DNA from: Octopus sinensis
Lineage: Eukaryota
DNA: 64,000 bases
Direction of reading: 5' to 3'
Assembly (NCBI RefSeq): GCF_006345805.1
Contig: NC_042999.1
Coordinates: 48,174,001-48,238,000, forward strand
The notes beneath the pieces are model-generated. The model had not been told where the DNA came from and searched no databases. It saw only the letters and a list, made by a program, of their open reading frames with translations. Shown in pieces: positions 50,974-62,952 of the stretch. Numbering within the stretch: position 1 is the stretch's first letter; every line of letters starts with the position of its first letter. The position numbers and the translations under genes were made by a program.

Positions 50974-51301
50974 TATATATATATATATACAGTGTATATC
51001 CTCTTTCTCTTTCACACGGAAAAAATAAAATAAGCATAAAAAGGGGAGTCAGTAGGGTTAACAGTCACTCAAGAGGTTACCGAATGCGTGACAAAAGAGC
51101 ATTGACGATGAAACAAAAACTATAATACTAATACAGCTGGATTGAAGAGCAAATATATAGTGCGTTGCGTGTTCAATTGGCAAAATATGACCACCCAGAA
51201 TCATGAAAACATATATATGCACGTATATATATATGTATGCATGCATGTATGAATGTATGTCTGAATACAGACAAAATACACACACACACATATATATATA
51301 C

Positions 51302-51365
<64 letters not shown>

Positions 51366-51394
51366 ATAACGCCATGTTAGATCGTTAGCTCCTA

Positions 51395-51590
51395 CACGCA
51401 TTTTATTTCTCTCCTTGTTTCTCTAGTTGTTTTTTTTCTTCTTCTGAGTATCTTTCTGTCGAAGAGCGTAGGGTCGAAAAGTAAACGACTTATTCTATTT
51501 CTATTCCTGAGCGCCATACTAATACATATGTTTGTTTGTACTCCACCTACCTTTGTCTTTTGTTTATTTTCGTAAATCTTCCCGTTGTGT
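51395..51590 (+). mobile_element. Hammerhead-like cassette (degenerate) between (TA)n tracts
   Basis: CTTT|CTGTCGA|A|GAGC-GTAG-GGTC|GAAA|A|GTA|AACG at 51452-51487, followed by ttcctgagcgcc, which is shared with the 45.9 kb cassette. Confidence 0.5.
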
Positions 51591-52073
51591 ATATATATAC
51601 ATGTAAGTATATATATGCTGAAATACATGCATATGTGTACAATTAAATATATTCGTGTCTATATACACGTATGTAGGGAGGCTCATTAATCTTTATAAAT
51701 ATATACATAAACAATCGCATAATGGTAAACATTCATATTATTCATGACACACACTGGTTATTGTTAATATGATGGCTAAATATCTAATAAAAAATATGTG
51801 GGATCTCACAGAATAAGTTGTTTTGGAAAACTAAATTGCCATCAGAAGATTATTTATTGTTTTCGTAATATGGTCTACGATATTAATAAGAATATCTGCA
51901 ATTTTTGAAAATTGATATAATGGATGAATATGATTTTACAGCTATTCAAGTGACAGAAACGAGTGATTCCTTACTCAGAGAAAAAACGTAAACAGACAAC
52001 CAGAGGCACAAAAAGACAAACACAAACACGTAGACACATACGCACACACGTGCACTCAGGGACGTATATATCT

Positions 52074-52108
<35 letters not shown>

Positions 52109-52209
52109 TACAGGTACATAGATATTCATATATATATATATGTATATATATATATATGCATATCTGTCTCTTTCTCTCTCTCTCTCTCTGTATATGTATA
52201 CATACATAT

Positions 52210-52258
<49 letters not shown>

Positions 52259-52734
52259 TTTATTTATTTATTTCCGTATACACATATTGTGTTTATATAT
52301 TTATCTATGTGCATGTGAACACTTACAGGCTTGCGTATTTATATTAGTACATTTATATGCGTGTCTACGCGTTTGTGTATGTATATATTCATGTATGTGC
52401 GTAATGGTGTGTGCGCGTGTGTGTTTGTTTGTTTGTTTATATGACGCTGCTTTACGTATTGTGAGGAAAGTGAAATGAAGTCAAATAAGAATCAGAGCTT
52501 GAAGAAGTAACAAACAGTAGATAACGTAAATCTTCATATTTCAAGACGTGGCCAACAGAAGATGCAAAACTTTAAAATGGTAAACGTAAATATATAAAGA
52601 AAATGTTAAGAATAACAATATTTTGTATGATTAATAATATATGATTTTCTGACCAAAGTAAGAAAGAGGATAACAGTGATTTTAAAATGAGATGTAAATG
52701 TCTAGGATTAAGAGCCAATGAAAATGGACGCGTA

Positions 52735-52883
52735 CATACATATACACATATGTACATGCATATATATGTATATATATGCATATATATGCATATATATATA
52801 TAATATAATATATATATATATTATATATATATATATATATATGCATATATGTATATATATGTATATATGTATATATATGCATA

Positions 52884-52920
<37 letters not shown>

Positions 52921-53131
52921 TCCTGAAGATTTCTCTTGAATGAAACAGTTCTAGTCCTGTAGAAGCTCCTTCTATATAATAAATATATATATAATATATA
53001 TATATACATATGTATATATATATATATATGCATATATATATACACATATGTATAGTATATATATATATAATATATATATATATAATATATATATATATAT
53101 ACTTATATATATATATATATTATATATATAT

Positions 53132-53175
<44 letters not shown>

Positions 53176-53190
53176 GTGTATGTATATACT
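52735..53190. repeat. Long interrupted (TA)n array
   Basis: Direct observation; one of many long (TA)n arrays between 41 and 63 kb. Confidence 0.95.
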
Positions 53191-53390
53191 CTTTTACTTC
53201 TTTCGGTCATCTAACTGCGGTCATGCTTTAGACGAACAAATCGACACCAGGACTTATTCTTTGTAAGCCTTGTACTTATTTTATCGGTATCATTCGCCGA
53301 ACCGCTAAGTTACGGGGACGTTAACATAACAGCATCAGTTGTCAAGCAATGTTGGGGTGACAAAGACAGACACACAAAGACAGACATATA
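53187..53390 (-). mobile_element. SINE family A, 3' half
   Basis: tactcttttactt...gccgaaccgctaagttacggggac...gtcaagcaatg. Confidence 0.85.
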
Positions 53391-53452
53391 CATATACATA
53401 TATATATATTATATATATTATATATATATATATACATATATGCATATATATG

Positions 53453-53511
<59 letters not shown>

Positions 53512-54285
53512 ATATATATATATATATAGACATATATACCCATATAGACATATATCCACACATACAATATATGCATACATACACACAGTTATATGTGTGT
53601 GTGTATCGATGTATTTATATTTCTTTGAACTCCTGTCTGTCTGTGTGCCCCTCTCTCTCCCTCACTTCCTCTCATATGCAAATACTACTATATATACACA
53701 ACTCTCATCTCAATATACATGAATCTCTATCTTACTCGGTCTTCCAATTGTTTGCCTCCTGCTAAATAAATTCTGTACGTAGAAAATGTTTTCAAGTATC
53801 AAAACTTAAAGATACATAAATTGTATCAGTTCTCTAAATATTTCATTTCTTATATATGAATATACTGCTGTATAACACTCGCGGAGTTTTAAAAATAATT
53901 ATATTAATTATATAACACAGTGTGAAGTTAGTACAAAATGCGATAGGAAACAAAACTCAGAAATTTAAGCAAACATAAATATATAACCTGTTTATACATA
54001 CCCACATTTTCCCACTCACATACGCTCATTTATATACACAAATGCACACACAAACACTCACATATGTAAGTGTATGTATATCTGTTATCGTTTACTTGAT
54101 GCTGTCGTTTGAGTGAAGTAAATAATGTGACGCTCTTAAGTCTAGTATTCAGCTTTTCAATGCCTGATATAAACTATATCAGTTCTTTTACCCGAGTAGC
54201 TAAGTTATATGAATGTATACCAGTAGTATATATCAATGGCACACAAATATATATAACCACACAAATGCATCAGAGAAAGGGAACG

Positions 54286-54558
54286 AGGAGGAGAAGGAGG
54301 AGAAGAAGAAGAAGAAGAAGAAGAAGAAGAAGAAGAAGAAGAGAAAGAAGAAGAAGAGAAGAAGAAGGAAGAAGAAGAAGAAGAAGAAGAAGAAGAAAAG
54401 AAGAAGAAGAAGAAGAAGAAGAAAGAAGAAGAAGAAGAAGAAGAAGAAGAGAAGAAGAAGAAGAAGAAGAAGAAGAAGAAGAAGAAGAAGAAGAAGAAGA
54501 AGAAGAAGAAGAAGAAGAAGAAGAAGAAGAAGAAGAAGAAGAAGAAGAAGAAGAAGAA
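54286..54558. repeat. About 270-bp (GAA)n polypurine tract
   Basis: Direct observation. Confidence 0.97.
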
Positions 54559-54559
54559 A

Positions 54560-54965
54560 TCGCTAACATCAAACGCGTAGTTTACATTGCAATGTTATAT
54601 TTAATTATTTATATAATCAAATGTACAGAAATGGCGTCGTCAAAAAGAATTGTGCCGTTGGCGATTTCTTTTACTTTTTGGGACGTTTCCCTCTCACTTT
54701 TCCGACAGGAAACCGTGTTGGACTCTTCTAGCTCTTTCTGTTCACCGAGAGCCATATTTATACGTTTCTTCTGCACATTCTTTCGTTGCCGGTTTTTATT
54801 CGTTCATTTGAATTGTTTGTTCATTTATTTGAATTGACTATTTACTTCACGCTCCGAAGGACGTTCCGCGACGTTCGGACTGATTTGGAGTACCTGATTC
54901 ATAGATTTCTTATTCTAATCCCGGTTTACGTTAACGTTAAATTCATTTTTACGACGCGACTTCTG
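54560..54965. promoter_or_regulatory. CpG-rich unique segment, possible promoter/first exon
   Basis: Roughly two dozen CpGs in about 350 bp against a CpG-poor background; YY1-like AAATGGCG at about 54629. Confidence 0.3.
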
Positions 54966-54975
54966 CACATTCTAT

Positions 54976-55043
<68 letters not shown>

Positions 55044-55909
55044 GTATGTATGCATTTATATATCTATTGGTATATATTAAACGAGCTTCCACACAGTTTC
55101 CGCCAACCAAATTAACTGAGAAATCATGAATCGGCCTTAAGCTAGGGGTGGTAATCGTCTGCACCAAATGCCATGCACCGGGACAGAACAGGATAGCAAG
55201 TGTTTACAGGGCGAATTTCCTGATCATAGAGCGTTTCATGCATCTGTATGTATGTATATTTGTACGTAGCCTTTTATGCAAAAGAACATGCTTATTTCAC
55301 TATCAACTGTGTATTTTCTATTGCAGGGAATATGCACAAAGTTAAATGCCTAAACTTCTTACCTTCTGTATCAAGCTAATTCTATTTGAAGATACTGCTA
55401 AGTAAATAAGTTTCGAGGATTATGCAGCAACATAGAGAATTGAGACTCAACGTTCTTCATTTCATCAAGTAAGAAAATTCTCGTTTTGTGCTATGACGAC
55501 GTATTCATACATATAAATAAACATACAACATATATACATATACACAATTTTCACATGCAAACATCAAATGACTCATGTCTTGCGTAGGGTACAATATTTT
55601 GCAATAAATTCAAAATCCCATTTGTTCGTGGTATATCCAGACTGAAAATCAGTAGATAGAATTGGGTTTTTTGAGTGCGATTGAAGTCTACTTCTGAGAG
55701 TTTACTAGAGTTTGAAAATTAGATTGCGAGCTGAGATTTTACAAATAACAGCAGGAGGCAAAATTTAATCTATAAAGACTATTCATACTACATTAAATTG
55801 TGTAATTAATTTATATTATTTACATTTGACCTCATCTAGTTTCTTGTTCACACAACGTTTCGGCTGATATATCCTCCAGATTCCATGTTTGTGGGAGATT
55901 TCGAACCTG

Positions 55910-55940
<31 letters not shown>

Positions 55941-55943
<3 letters not shown>

Positions 55944-56018
55944 GTCACTCCCCGGAATCGGACTCGGAATCTTGGGGTTAGTAGCCCGCGCTCTTATCCG
56001 CTACGCCATATACCCATG
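55941..56018 (-). other. tRNA-like head of the PLE terminal unit (pseudo-tRNA)
   Basis: tggcgtagcggataagagcgcgggctactaaccccaagattccgagtccgattcc; A/B-box-like motifs. Confidence 0.75.
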
Positions 56019-58285
56019 GGTAATTATGGAGTAAATTTTAGGGCTTTTAATCGAATTTTTTCCTATCTTACTTAATAACGGTTCCCATATGCTACTCATG
56101 CACTCGGTCTGCTTAGGGGGTTGTTGTATCCTAGCATATGTGCTGCTTCAAGTTTTCGGATTTTCCAGTGGTGTTCTCTGTCTAATATTTTAACTTCATT
56201 CCACAGAGGGACGTGGTCTCCATTTTTCCATACATGAGCAGTTATACCCGTTTTACCAATATCTCCCCGTGTCACAGATTTGCGATGTTCGTCTACTCTT
56301 ATTTTGATGGGAGCAGTATTTTCGCCTTTGTATAATCTACCACAGCTGCATTGGATAGATTATTCGCAGTCTTTGGTCATATTCTATTCTTTTCTCTTGG
56401 TGGCTTTACTCGAAGTAGATATTTTCGAAGTGATGTATTACTCTTGAATACTGCCCTGATGTCAGATGAGCCGCATATCTTTTGTAACTTTTCGGAAAGG
56501 CCTTTTACAGAGGGTAGCCAGACTGTGGGCACTTTATTGGTTTCATCCTCTTTTTCCTCATAACTGGAATAGATAGTATGGTTTAGGAGTAGATGTTACT
56601 TATAGATTGTTACAGAGTTTGATAATTTCTTCGTGGTGTGTATCACGATCGCTACATATATTCTTAGACACAAAACAATCTATCTCCCTCTTTACACTGT
56701 ACGGATATTGGGAACTGAAGTTGAAGTATCGTCCAGTGAAGGTTGCCTCGCGGTATACGGACGTCCTGAATCCATATTTGGTGCGAGTTATTAATACGTC
56801 TCAGAATTCTAGCTGATTGTCTTTTTCCTTTTCCAGTGTGAACTGTATGGATGGCTTTATTGAGTTCACGTGATCTAACAGCAATTGGACATATTTCTGG
56901 GCGGGCCAGAGTATAAAATTGCCATGAACATATCGCAGCCATAGCGTTTCAGTGGTGTTGATCCTAAAATCAAATTCTCAAAGTATTCCATGTATATATT
57001 GGCTATTGTCAGTGATAATGGTGAAGCCATAGCTAAACCCTCCCCTTGTCGATATATATCAGTGTTCGTACTTAAGTAGGTAGTTTCTACACAGAAAGTC
57101 AACATTTCTATCAGGTTTCTTATTGGTATACTAGTACGTTCTTTTAGATGGGTGCCTGTCACTAGTTTTTCTTGTATCACCGATAGGGATTCACCAGTCG
57201 GATCTTTGGTGAACAGATTTATCACATCTCGACTCACCATCTGGTTGGATAAAATGGCGGTATCCTTGATGAATTCTGTGAAGTGGTTGAAAATCTTCAC
57301 GTATGATGTTGACTTCCCTGCTTATAGACTGATTATATCTGCAAGGAAAGCGGCACAGTGGATGACATGCTGGATATCTACAGCTCACTATAGGTCTTAA
57401 TGGAATACCATCCTTGTGAATCTTAGGGTGACCGTACATGCGTGGTAGTTTACTGTAGTGTTGAGGCAGATGTCTGTACTTCATTGGTGTAAATTGATCG
57501 CTGTTCTTGATCACGATCTGTGACAACTTCCTCTTTATTTTCAGAGTTGGGTCTTTTTTTTTTTTGCTGACACTATCATCACTTATAAGACTTGCCAATT
57601 TTTCAGAGTAGTCAGACTTTTTCATCACAACTGTAACATTTCCCTGTCCTATGGAAGTATTATGATATAACTCTCACTCCGTAGTCTTTTGATGGCGAAC
57701 GTTTCTTCCTTGGTGATATTTGGTTTGAGAAGTTTCTCTTTTTCTAGTACCTGTCTCACTTAGTTCATCTCCGCCTTAGTTCATCTCCCTGAGCTATTGG
57801 TATATTTATGGTTATCCTTTCAATAGGGGCTATTATGTCCAAGTATGAAATGCGCCTGATAGTTGTCGCAACGTTGAGACCTTTGTTTAGTACTGCTTCT
57901 TCAGAACTTTCTAGATGTCAGCTACTAATATATATTAATTACTGCTTTCACAGGTAGGTGACGGATTTCTATCTATATTTTCTGACCTTTGAGTTTCATA
58001 AACTTCTTAATCTGGCGTGTCTTCGCCATTTCAAAATCTTTCATGTATCACTTTTCTAGATCTTGTTGGATTCTCTTTCTCATCTCTGGTTATTTTCCTA
58101 AGTAATGTACATAAACTCTCATTGATTTCATTATTTAGTTGATGATTTTCCCAAGGGTTTTAATGAATTCTCTCACGTATGAGGGCATGCCCTGCCTTTC
58201 CGCTACACTTTCAGCTTTATATGAATCCACTGGTGTCATTATATTCAATCCAGGTGGTATTAGCTTTGAATCTCTGCATCAATAT

Positions 58286-58432
58286 CTGGGATCGAACTCG
58301 GAATCTTGGGGTTAGTAGTCCGCGCTCTTAACCACTACGCCATGTGTCCGTGAGCTAAATGCCACGGGCCTATGGCGTAGTGGCTAAGAGTGCTGGCTAC
58401 TAACACCAAGATTTCGAGTTTCATTCCAGGCA
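58286..58432. other. Head-to-head inverted pair of tRNA-like sequences (about 67-bp arms, 10-nt spacer)
   Basis: 58286-58352 (minus) and 58363-58432 (plus): cacgg.c..atggcgtagtgg.taagag.gc.g.ctactaac.ccaagatt.cgagtt...; A box TGGCGTAGTGG, B box GAGTTCGATCC in the minus copy. Confidence 0.88.
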
Positions 58433-58473
58433 GTGACCTAAACAACAACACCAACAACAACAACAACAACAAC

Positions 58474-58540
<67 letters not shown>

Positions 58541-58573
58541 TAATAATAATAATTATAATAATAATATTATTAT

Positions 58574-58622
<49 letters not shown>

Positions 58623-58670
58623 TCGAAAAATACCTTAAGAATGAGAATCCAGAGTTCGAAATTTCCCCAA

Positions 58671-58716
58671 GACACCTGAAGAAGACTGGAGGGTATATCA
58701 GCCGAAACGTTGTGTT
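58671..58716 (+). ncRNA. Minimal type-I hammerhead ribozyme in the PLE terminal repeat
   Basis: GACAC|CTGAAGA|A|GACTG-GAGGGTATAT-CAGCC|GAAA|C|GTT|GTGTT: 5-bp stem I, canonical core, stem II with one mismatch, AACGTT palindrome in place of stem III, GUU triplet. Confidence 0.75.
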
Positions 58717-58998
58717 AGCAACAAACAAGATGAGGACAAATATATGCCAAACGTAAATAATGTACATAATTCTGCATCTCTTAAATATAGAACTGTGTAT
58801 AACTAACGTTTTCTTTTTCTTTTGTTTTTTGTCAGTTAGTTTTCTTTCTTTTTTGCGTATATCTAGAAGTCAAAGGAACTGATTGCTAATCCCTTTAAAC
58901 TTTGCTTTTGTGAACTGGACATAAACGTTTTGTGATTGACCTATATTCCATTAGACTTCACACAGATTCAGCACTGAGTTGCTGAAGAAGGAATATCG

Positions 58999-59150
58999 TT
59001 ATAGCAAATATTCTGCTCCAAATTATAGATTTACATACTAGTTGCTGACTTTAACCACTAAAGCACTTTTTTTAGTTGCTGATAATATTTGAAACTCAGA
59101 TCACGAGCAGGAGTAGTGGGGGAATACATTGCCATGAGTTAGGAGGATTA
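58999..59150 (+). mobile_element. Degenerate internal fragment of the 21.9-kb non-coding element
   Basis: ttatagcaaatattctgctc...tcagatcacgagcaggagtagtggggg matches 22040-22170. Confidence 0.65.
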
Positions 59151-59294
59151 TTTTGAGTGTGAATAAATATCGTAAAAGCAAAGTTTGGAGGAAGCATCAG
59201 CCTTTTTCCATACTTTCTAGGAGTAAGCAAATAGAAAATAGCAGTTGGAATACACGTACAAAATGTTTGTTACTCAGTGTTGTAATTGTTTTTT

Positions 59295-59586
59295 ATCTGT
59301 CCCTTCTCGAGCCACGCCTGGCTTATAAGGGCCGGTTTCCAGGTTTCTTTGACGTATAAGTTCCCCACCTGGACGGGGCACCGGTCCGTTGCAGGTGAGT
59401 TGCAAGATGCAGGAGGAAAGTTGTGGCGAAAGACTCAGCAGAAGTTCGCCATTACCTTCTGCCGGAGTCGCGTGAAGCTTAGGTCTTTCGCTCGTAAACA
59501 CACATATCGCCCCGTCTGAGATTCGAACCTGCAATCCCTCGACTGCGAGTCCGCTGCTCTAACCAATAGGCCATATGCCCCCACAG
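59295..59586 (-). mobile_element. tRNA-Arg(TCG)-like-headed SINE sharing head and body with 44403-44790 but with a different tail
   Basis: tggcctattggttagagcagcggactcgcagtcgagggattgcaggttcgaatctcagac head; body gtgttta..gagcgaaa.acctaa.gct.cacg.g.ctccggcag shared; tail ...cccgtccaggtgggg...gaaaccggcccttataagccaggcgtggctcg. Confidence 0.88.
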
Positions 59587-59700
59587 TGTTGTAATTACAG
59601 ATATGAAATGAAATTATCTAAATCTAGCCTGAAGATTCCCAAAATTCGATACAACGGTAAATATACGTAGCGAAGTATATAAAAAAATAATAATAAAGTT

Positions 59701-60125
59701 ATGCAGAGTGGTTGTGTGGTAAGAAGCTTGCTTCCCAACCTCATGTTTCCGTATTCAGTTCCACTGCGTGGCTCCTTGGTCAAGTGTTTTCTTCTGATGT
59801 TTCGGGTTAAACCAAGCCTTCTGAGTGTATTTAGTAGGCGGAAACTAAAAGAAGCACGTCGTATATATGTGTGTGTATGTGTATTTATGTGTGCGTATGT
59901 GTATGTATGTATGTGTCTGTAGTTGCCACCCCCATTACAACTAGACAACCGGCGATCGTGTGTTTACGTCCCCGTAACTTAGGGCTTCGGCAAAACAGTC
60001 CGATAGAATAGGTACCAGGCTTAAAAAATAAGTACTGGGATCGATTTATTCGACTAAATTTTCTAGGCAGTGCCCCAGCATCGCCACAGTCTGATGACTG
60101 AAACAGGTAAAAGATAATAGATAAA
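59701..60125 (+). mobile_element. SINE family A
   Basis: gagtggttgtgtggtaagaagcttgcttcccaacc head through gtgccccagcatcgccacagtc...gactgaaacagg tail. Confidence 0.9.
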
Positions 60126-60894
60126 TGAACGGTTGATGCGGGTCTGCAGAGGACATCTAAATTTCGAATCTGGAAAGTTATATTATTACTTGATCTGAAA
60201 TTAAATTTGTGTATATTAGAAAATTACTTCAGTTTTCGAGTCTTACTTGAAGTATAAAATGTTCGTTTCAGAAATTATATATGGTCGTGGATTAAACTTC
60301 AATGAAAATCGAAAGTAATTTCAACGTTAATTGGTTTGTAAAGGATCAATAAAACAGAGGGGAAATCTTTCTGAAGAAATGGTGGTTTTGATGTTTAAGC
60401 ACCGGTAAATTAATTGAGATGTTAATATCTTTAAGAAATGGTCAAAACCTAATGAAATAAAGATACGAAGGTTAATGAAGGATCTAATTATCTTAAAAGA
60501 ATTCAAACGTCTACGATGCATGAATGTAATGGAGGATAAATAATTATATAAGACGTTCAGAGAAAGATAAATGTACGCTGTTGTGTATGATTGCATGTGC
60601 TCATTTACCATTACGACTGCATGAGTTAGCGTGAGTTTTAGATGTTTGCCACGTAAAAACACACTCGTCTAAGTCAGTGTGTGTGTACCTCTCACATTTA
60701 TTTACTTAAAAGTGGATCATTTTCTGTAATTTCACGCCGAGTCTCTCCCTTATTCTAATAATATGTATCTCTCTAAGTCTGTTGTATATTAATAATCATT
60801 CTTTATTGTTTCCCCGTAAATATATATATATATATATAGAGAGAGATAGAGATAGAGAGAGAGAGAGATACACACACACACACAACACACACAC

Positions 60895-60958
<64 letters not shown>

Positions 60959-62074
60959 CTTACATACACATGTATATTAGTGTGTGTCAGTCTCTGTGTG
61001 TGTCTGCCTGTCTGTGTCTGTGTGCATGTGTAATGACAAACGCACGGATTTATATTTATACTGAGTGAGATAAATTTGAGAAGAAAAGATACGAGTGAAA
61101 ATAAAATGGAAGAATACATATAGATCGAAGGAACAGATAAAAAGACAAACAGGTAGTTATAGATAAACGGTAAGTATATTGATTTTTTTCTTCTCACTCT
61201 CACTCAATAAATATCCATTGCTTGAACTTTAGAAATATCCGTCGACTAATGGTCATCCGTATTGATTTCAGCGCTTGGTATGTAGGATTGAAGAGACTGA
61301 TTGATTTTCCAATCGGATTATTAAAAATATTTTTAGAATCGAAACGCATGTGTAATATTATATAGCATTGTAATACTTCCCGTTAAATTTCCAACAATTT
61401 TATAATCATGTATAGATATAAACATAGTAAGATTTAAAAAATTAAAATAAATAGCCCACATCCTCATCTCAGAAGCTGATTACGTTATGGATTCCGTTAA
61501 GCGAAGATCAATTGTTAAGATGGTAGTAAGTGAAAGTTTCACTGCCTTAAACATATATTTTGTTCCGACATTTAAATGACGATGGTCCAGACCACTGAGA
61601 TGAACATCACGTCGCGTTACTTGAAGTTCATTTTTCATAATGGACTTTTGTGCATCTAAGTCGATAACCTTGTATTTATACTGGTACGTCCATGGTGATA
61701 GGTTAATTTGTGACTATCCTCCACGAAATTAACCACTGGAAAAGTGTCACCAACAAACCTACGTTTGCTGAAACACGTTTCAAATCACATCCTCGCGGAT
61801 CATGAAACATCCACTTGCAGCTGCAATCGTTAAGTCAACGACGCATTTTCAGCTTCCTTGATTTCAATGACTACGCACACAAAAAAATAGTGAATTGCTA
61901 GAACCCTTTTCATCTACAATATGGCCGGCTAAAAACTGAGCCCAGGTAATGTTTTCAAGAATTTTTTAAAGGTATTGCATCGACTCAACTCTTCCCAACT
62001 CAAACTGTGTGGACAACATTCGCTTTTGAGAATGATTAAGAACTTAGAATTTACCACACAATCAGATTTGTTTC

Positions 62075-62430
<356 letters not shown>

Positions 62431-62434
62431 TATG

Positions 62435-62529
62435 TAATACTAAGTAATTAAGGGTTTAGCAACTATTTGCCTCACCACACACCGAAATTTAGAAATAGCA
62501 GTCAAAGAGTTATAGCTATTCTTTCTAGT
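62435..62529 (+). mobile_element. Possible tiny Helitron-like 3' end
   Basis: aatagc...gctatt stem followed by ctttCTAG|T, next to (TA)n. Confidence 0.3.
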
Positions 62530-62914
62530 ATGTATGTATATATATCTTTTATGTATGCGTGTATGTATGTGTTGGTAGGTAGGTAAGTATTACGTATGAG
62601 GCTAAATTATATATATACATTTGGTGCGCTAGCATATTTGTTTATTAATAAGCATATTTATTACAAGCATATTTGTTTATTACTAATTACAAGCGTGTAT
62701 TTATCCCTGCATTTATTCCTTATATAAATCTGGTTGTGTTCGACTTAGGCACCTCCAATGGGGTATCCCTGGAATGTTTTGTTTATAATCTTCACTACAC
62801 TACTCATGGATTGCATTTGTAGACCGCAAATCGGTTAACTCGGGTATTGCTTAGAGAAAACTCGTATTGCTAGCCTTTTTATCTATTTATTTATTTATGA
62901 TATGTACCTACACA

Positions 62915-62952
<38 letters not shown>

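Larger units (their letters stand above)
55812..58790 (-). mobile_element. Penelope-like retroelement (RT + C-terminal GIY-YIG), decayed, with inverted composite terminal repeats
   Basis: Minus-strand frames: LIPPGLNIMTPVDSYKAESVAERAGHALIRERI; KSDYSEKL...KKDPT; PRMYGHPKIHKDGIPLRPIVS; DVINLFT; YRQGEGLAMASPLSLTIANIYMEYFE; WLRYVHG (YVDD site decayed); CSCGRLYKGE...RVDEHRK (GIY-YIG). 55812-56020 is homologous to the reverse complement of 58363-58790. Confidence 0.93.

Noticed and set aside
52918-52970. CTGAAGA...GAAAC motif inside (TA)n
   Set aside because: Stem II closing pair and stem I do not pair canonically; may be a PLE-end relic but a ribozyme is not supportable.
40915-54572. Numerous ORF-track entries rich in YI/IY, poly-R/E/K/S, HT or CV repeats (also at 2.9, 6.8, 11.4, 13.5, 22.3 and 62.1 kb)
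   Set aside because: They are stop-free translations of (TA)n, (GAA)n, (CA)n and (TAA)n microsatellites, not genes.
42312-59586. tRNA genes at 42.3, 44.4, 55.9, 58.3 and 59.5 kb
   Set aside because: The acceptor and anticodon stems are not properly paired and each continues into repeat body sequence; these are SINE or terminal-repeat heads.
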